From Rhodosorus marinus CCMP1338 (Eukaryota > Plantae > Rhodophyta), in contig JAMWBK010000004.1 of the NCBI GenBank assembly GCA_029953675.1, forward strand, positions 2,418,001 through 2,482,000: a DNA stretch of 64,000 nucleotides, given 5' to 3'. A program made the position numbers and the translations under genes. Below are positions 58,850-64,000 of the stretch, piece by piece. The stretch's first letter is position 1. The number at the start of each line of letters is the position of its first letter. Under the pieces are notes generated by a model. That model did not search any database. It saw only the letters and a program-made list of their open reading frames with translations, and was not told where the DNA came from.

Positions 58850-60794
58850 ATGGGAGATCTTAGTAAATCTAAGACGGCGTACGGTCATGGCTATGGAAAT
58901 GCTCAACATCAGCCGTGGGATGAGCGGACTGGTCTACTGCAGCGATCACGATCTGTTGCTGTAACGAGTAAGGAGCGATGCGACGCACAAAGGTTCGAAG
59001 ATGTGGACTTGCTGTGTCCCAAGAGCATGGCCGTGGCCAATACGATCAATGGTGGAGGGATGATCGGTATGACTCCGAATGTCATGCCTCTGGTAACAAC
59101 ACTCCGGCAGAGAATCGATCGGCGGATAGCACAGTGGCAGAAGAAACCGGAAGCTGAGCAAGAGATTCCTACAGGACCGGAAGATGAAGTACCAGGAGTA
59201 GTGTGGGCTGTGTACGCTCTCGCGTTCTTCGTTATGATGACAATGACCACGATCTCACCAATTTTGCTGCTGTACACGAACTATCGAGGTTGGACAACAG
59301 AGACCAATCTGACGTTCTTTGCTTCTTTGTCACTAGCGAATGTTGTGGTACCAGTGATTGGAAACATAGCCGTCGGAAACTGGCTTGCCGCTAGTTCGGT
59401 GAGAACTGCGATGATGGGAATGCTTGCGATCACCGCCCTCGGACTGCTCCTGATGATCACCGCAGAAAGTAGTCATGTATTTTTGGCTGGTTACACTCTC
59501 CTATCTTTAAACACATCCAACAGAATTGTCCGGCTGACGTTCCTCAGTGAAATCGTCCCGGCAAAGCAGAAGACTTTCGTGATGGCGAATCACGCTCTAG
59601 CTACTCCACTTGGGGCTATGCTTGGTCCCATATCCTGGCTCGCCCTCGTCAAGTATCAAGCAGAAGCTGGCCCGTGGACGTTCATTCCAGGCTTCATGGG
59701 CTTCAGACTGAATCGGTTCACTCTAGCATTCTCGTGGACAGTGCTGGTTACTTTGGTATGTTGCGAATTCTCCAAATCACACCAGAACGTCGTAGTAAGA
59801 GCTAACACGAAGATTCATGCATGCCAGGGGATGATGGTCCTGGTTTGGATCTACTTCCCTGGGGCGAATTCACAGGACAGAGAAAAGAGCGGAGGGGCTA
59901 GAGCGGCGCCAATCGTTGGTCCAGTTCACCTCTCCCACAACGACACAGAGGAAACTGTCGACTCCGGGCAATTCCGCTACAGGGTGTTCAGATATTTTTG
60001 CGTGGTCATGTTCCTCATCAACTTCTCCGCGGGCTTCTTCCAGGTCGCATTTCAGCCCATTCTAGTGGACTACTTCAAGGTGACCGAGAGCTCCGTCGGA
60101 CTGATTTTTGAGGTAAGGAGTACTAGCAATGCCTGAAAAATATCTGATTGGTGGCTACCGCTGGTGTACAAGGTCCTACTTTCACTCACCACGTTTAATG
60201 GCGAAAAATTGGGGTGTATGCAGACAATAAGCATATTCGCCATTATACCCCCTTTACTCGTTGCTCTTCTCTCAAGATTCTTGGAAGATCGCCAACTGAT
60301 GCTCGTTGGTATTTGCGCGAAGATGCTCGGCATGTTTCTGTACTGCTTCCCCTTTGGGAAGATGCACATCTGGCAACCCGTCGTTGGCAATATCTTGATT
60401 ATCAAGGTGCGACCGTCGCAGTTTGGATAGACTATCGTGTCCCTCTCCTAATCAGCTCATTGAGCCGTGTGATTCCAATATGACTTTCTGTTCTGACTAG
60501 GCCTCGATCTTCTTCTTCACGAGCGCCATGTCGCTGTTCACCAAAATCCTTGGACCCCTGAGCGGGGGGCCTATGATTGGAATTCTATCTTCGGTTGCAG
60601 CAGTTGGACCCGCAATTGCGCAGTTGCTTGCGCTGAGACTTGTCCTCACGATCTACGGCACCTACTGGTATTTGCTTTTCTCCGTTCCGGCAGTTCTCGG
60701 TTTCTTCCTAGTCGCCCACCCGTGGTTTTACGCCACTCTTGACCCCGATCGAGAGTTCATCAAGCAATTGCATACCGCCGTGGCACAGCCATGA
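58850..60794 (+). CDS. Major facilitator superfamily transporter (MFSD8/CLN7-like), multi-exon
   Basis: About 12 hydrophobic segments. Motifs RLTFLSEIV...MANHALATPLGAMLGP, LSRFLEDRQL and SLFTKILGP...MIGILSSV...GP. GT-AG introns near 59758, 60112 and 60407. Confidence 0.75.
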
Positions 60795-60916
60795 CCATAT
60801 CATCTCCTGCATGCTCTTTTATAACTAAAGGATATTATGTACGTCGCGTAGAATGATCTGCGCATAATATTAAATACAGCAAACTGCGCTTTGAACGCCC
60901 ATCCGATATAACGTTC

Positions 60917-62575
60917 CTATTCCGTCAATTCAGACGCTAAAGCGATGAAGGAGTTGTCGATGGAACTTAGTCTTGCAACGCTACTTTGAGGCTCTATTTC
61001 GCTCCGGTTGCCATCTGGATTCTTTCCAGGGCATGCGGTGGGCTTAATTCCCGGCGCAGTTGTTTCACAGTCCGTTGAAAGTTCCGCGCATTTCTCAGGG
61101 TTGACTTCTGGAACAGTCTCCTGATGATCGTCCGTCGTTGTGCCTGCTTTATGGACAACCGCTGGTGTGGAGTGGTACGGCTCTACTTTCGGTATTACCT
61201 CGGAGACCTCTACTTCGACCACATCACGGTGTTCCACATTCTTGGCCCCTTTAGGCATTTCCGTCCCTTCTTCTAGAACAGTATCCACTTCCAGTCCCTT
61301 GTCCATTTTGTTGGTTGCGTCGACTCCTTGTTCGGCTATCATCTTTTCAAGAAGCTCACAATTGATTGTCACCGTATCCGGTCTGCAGGTGCATGCCTTT
61401 GCCTGTTTTGCGGAATTGCTCATTCTGGTCAGTCCTCGAGTCCTCATTGAGGGTGAGTGTCGTACATACCTTTTTACCCCATTCTAGCCATGATTCGCTC
61501 CCAAAGTTTACGCTCTCCGCGCAGTTGAAGCCTTCGTTAAATCCTGCGTGGTATACGCCAGGGAATACTACGGCGAACTCTCCAGCTTTGTGATTTACCT
61601 TTCCATATCTGGCCATGGAAAACCACAGGGCTTTCAGCAATCTAGTTCCCCAGACGAATCGGTTCCTAGTTTTAACTTACGTCACTCCGTTCCTGGTCAG
61701 CACCTCAGGCGCCAGCATAGCGAGCTTATGTCTGAGAAATTGTTTGCACTCATCGAAGTGTGAGGCGTACACTTTTCGCGCCAGCAACTCAAATCTTTGC
61801 CGCTCGCTGGTGGGAACGTAATACCAGCTCTTCGGGGCACCGAAGTGAATGTAGTTAATGCTGTACAAGTCCATGTCCTCCGTGTGCCACGCAAAAGACG
61901 CGCCGTACATACCAAAATATAGATATGGGACTGTGACGCCTGGCATCCCTCCTACTAGGTCCAGCACAGTGTTTAGATGAGATGGGTTCCATGTTGTCAC
62001 GTCTTCATCAAAGAGAGAGCCTTGTATATCAGCTCCGTAAGTAGGCCTACGAAACCGTATGTTTCGCCAATAGTAGCGCTCCTTATCCTCCTCAGAAAGG
62101 TCTAGCAAAATATACAGAGAAAAAACAACACATACAAAAAGACCTTCAGCGTCCACAAACAGTTGTTTATCTGACTGGGGGGGGATGGGGGGGGGCCTCC
62201 CCCCTCATAGATCTTACCGTTCTTTCCTCTCAAGTTGTTTTCCGGTGCATACTGTTTCTGAAAGGCCTCCGCTGACTTCCTGAATTTCTTGAGGTTTTGA
62301 GACCGGGATTCAAGAAGAACACAATAGTAAACACCCTTTGAGCCAGTGAACTCCTGCCTAATCGGTTTCTGTACCACCAGCTCTTCCACATCATCGTAGC
62401 TCGTATTCTTCCTCGGGGACCAGCCTTCGGGAGGAACTACAATGCACATTCCGTGCGCATAGGCTTCAGCTTCAATCTTTTTCACGTAGCCATTGAAGTC
62501 TGCAAACTCTTCAGCCGTTGGGTAGAACCGTGGGGCCTCCAAGCTATCAACAACCTCCTCATTCGTTCTCTTCAT
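60917..62575 (-). CDS. KDM4: JmjN-JmjC histone demethylase of the KDM4/JMJD2 type, multi-exon
   Basis: JmjN APRFYPTAEEFADF...GMCIVVPP. JmjC PYLYFGMY..SFAWHTEDMDLYSINY with Fe ligands H-x-E, YHAGFN.GFNCAES, and zinc-site residues C..FLRH and CTC all intact. Confidence 0.93.
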
Positions 62576-64000
62576 TTCTGTACAGCCGCTCACCTCAAAA
62601 ACAATCCCAAACCACCTCCAAAAACTGCACTATCCCCGAAAGACCAAGCCCAGGAACAATCAAAAAAACTTCCTGTCACGGCAGAGAAACCGACTCTTCC
62701 AGTCTCCTCGCTTAAGAAGATGTCATACCGGCACAGAGACAAAAATTTACGCGCCTCATGAATGCCAAACTTTTCCACTTCCTCCTCGCGCTCCCTTTGA
62801 AACAGAACAAGTCGTCACATAACTCCCGCATTCAATCCCCCCCAATCAATCCGACTTCAGTTTCTTAACACACATCCTCCCCAATCTCTCCAAACAGCCC
62901 CAGTTTTTTACTAGCACTCACGCACACCAAACGAATAATTGAAACACGTAAATAAAATCCGGGCCCAAATGAAACGGCTGATGTTACAAACGGAGCCTCT
63001 GAGGGCTGAAGCCTTTCAAAATAACCAGAAAAAGAGTCTGTTTTTCCAGAGCGAATCCGGACGCTCACCACGCGCTAGTTCAGTTGAAGCTTATGATTCA
63101 TCCCTTGCCGGAAGCCATCAGGCGAGGCCGCTTATGTGCAGGGGTTTCGGAACAGGATGATGTCTTTGATAGTTAACAAGATGACCAGAGATCGTGTTCG
63201 TCCGGTTTCACCGAGTGCCAAATCTTCGTCAAAGAACGAAACCGATCGGCTCTTAAAAAGGCTATGAGCCAGGCCCCACCTAATCGATATGAAAACTAAA
63301 AAAAAAAACAAGAACAGGAAAACTTACACAAACAGATTCTTTAAGAGTAAGAGATGTGGATTTTCGATAGTTTTTAGGCTGATGGGTTTGATTTTTTCGT
63401 AGTTTTGGATTGAACAGCTGTCCGATTTGTTGTTTCCCAATCGAGTCTCGGTTGTCCTTCATGTCGATGGCATCTCACTCACCGGAACTGAATAAGGGAT
63501 AGAGGGGACGATTCGCAGACGGTCAAAAGAGTTCAAGGTATAGGTAGAGCTGGGAGGTCTGTGAAGTTTTTTTGGAGAGAGAAATGCCAGATACCGCTGC
63601 TGGCGAGCGATCGACCTTGCTCCTGCCATGCAGAGGTTAAGAAACTTCGAATTGACGTCCTTGAAGGCAGTGTTCCGATCCTCGTCTCTCATCCTTGTGA
63701 GGGAATCGAATCTATGAGAAACCCGATCTCTGGAACAAACTCTCCGATCACCTCAATTCCCTTCCCTACCCTTCTCTTGAGACGAAGCGTTTTGAAGGAT
63801 AACCAGGGTTAGACTCTATTATCAAAGAGTCCTGTCTAATCAATTTTTTGTGCAGTATACGTCTAAATATAGGATATAAGGCATTAATTAGATTCATTTA
63901 GAGTAGTTTTGACCTATTATTAGTGCTTCCGCGAAATAAAATTAAACGACTACGCGAAAATAGCGTCATTAGCTGGTATTTAGCGCATAGGAGTCATAAT

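Noticed and set aside
1-64000. CRISPR arrays, rRNA, transposase or reverse-transcriptase genes
   Set aside because: No regularly spaced repeat-spacer units, rRNA signatures, or DDE/RT/integrase motifs were seen in any frame.

Overview
Eukaryotic nuclear DNA from a gene-dense genome with short (~45-170 nt) GT-AG introns. It is most likely a unicellular red alga (inference): six genes start with red-algal-type plastid transit peptides carrying an early aromatic F (MAFV, MAAF, MGFV, MGPVAFV, MAEAGFV, MLGFV). I can support about 22 protein-coding genes. In order: TFIIH p44 (5'-truncated), organellar NDPK, an MSI1/RBBP4-type WD40 protein, a small putative mitochondrial protein, a plastid five-bladed beta-propeller hydrolase-like protein, a centromeric-type histone H3, UPF2, a large Nup188-like protein, plastid DnaJ, MPP10, an orphan, a PPR protein, SPF27/BCAS2, CTU2, an FBPase-like protein, a Rossmann/CIA30 protein, RPL32, RBM19/MRD1, a PurE-PurC fusion, cornichon, an MFS transporter and KDM4. 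I found no tRNA, rRNA, CRISPR array or intact mobile element. The strongest leads are: (1) a plastid FBPase homologue that has lost its catalytic residues but kept the chloroplast-type redox cysteine loop, (2) a plastid-targeted class II PurE fused upstream of PurC, the reverse of the animal PAICS order, (3) a CENH3-like histone with no loop-1 extension about 6 kb from a divergent MSI1, and (4) roughly a dozen 0.5-1.5 kb spacers that look like decayed genes and hold several perfect 12-bp hairpins and short tandem duplications. All exon boundaries and counts were read by eye and no database search was run.
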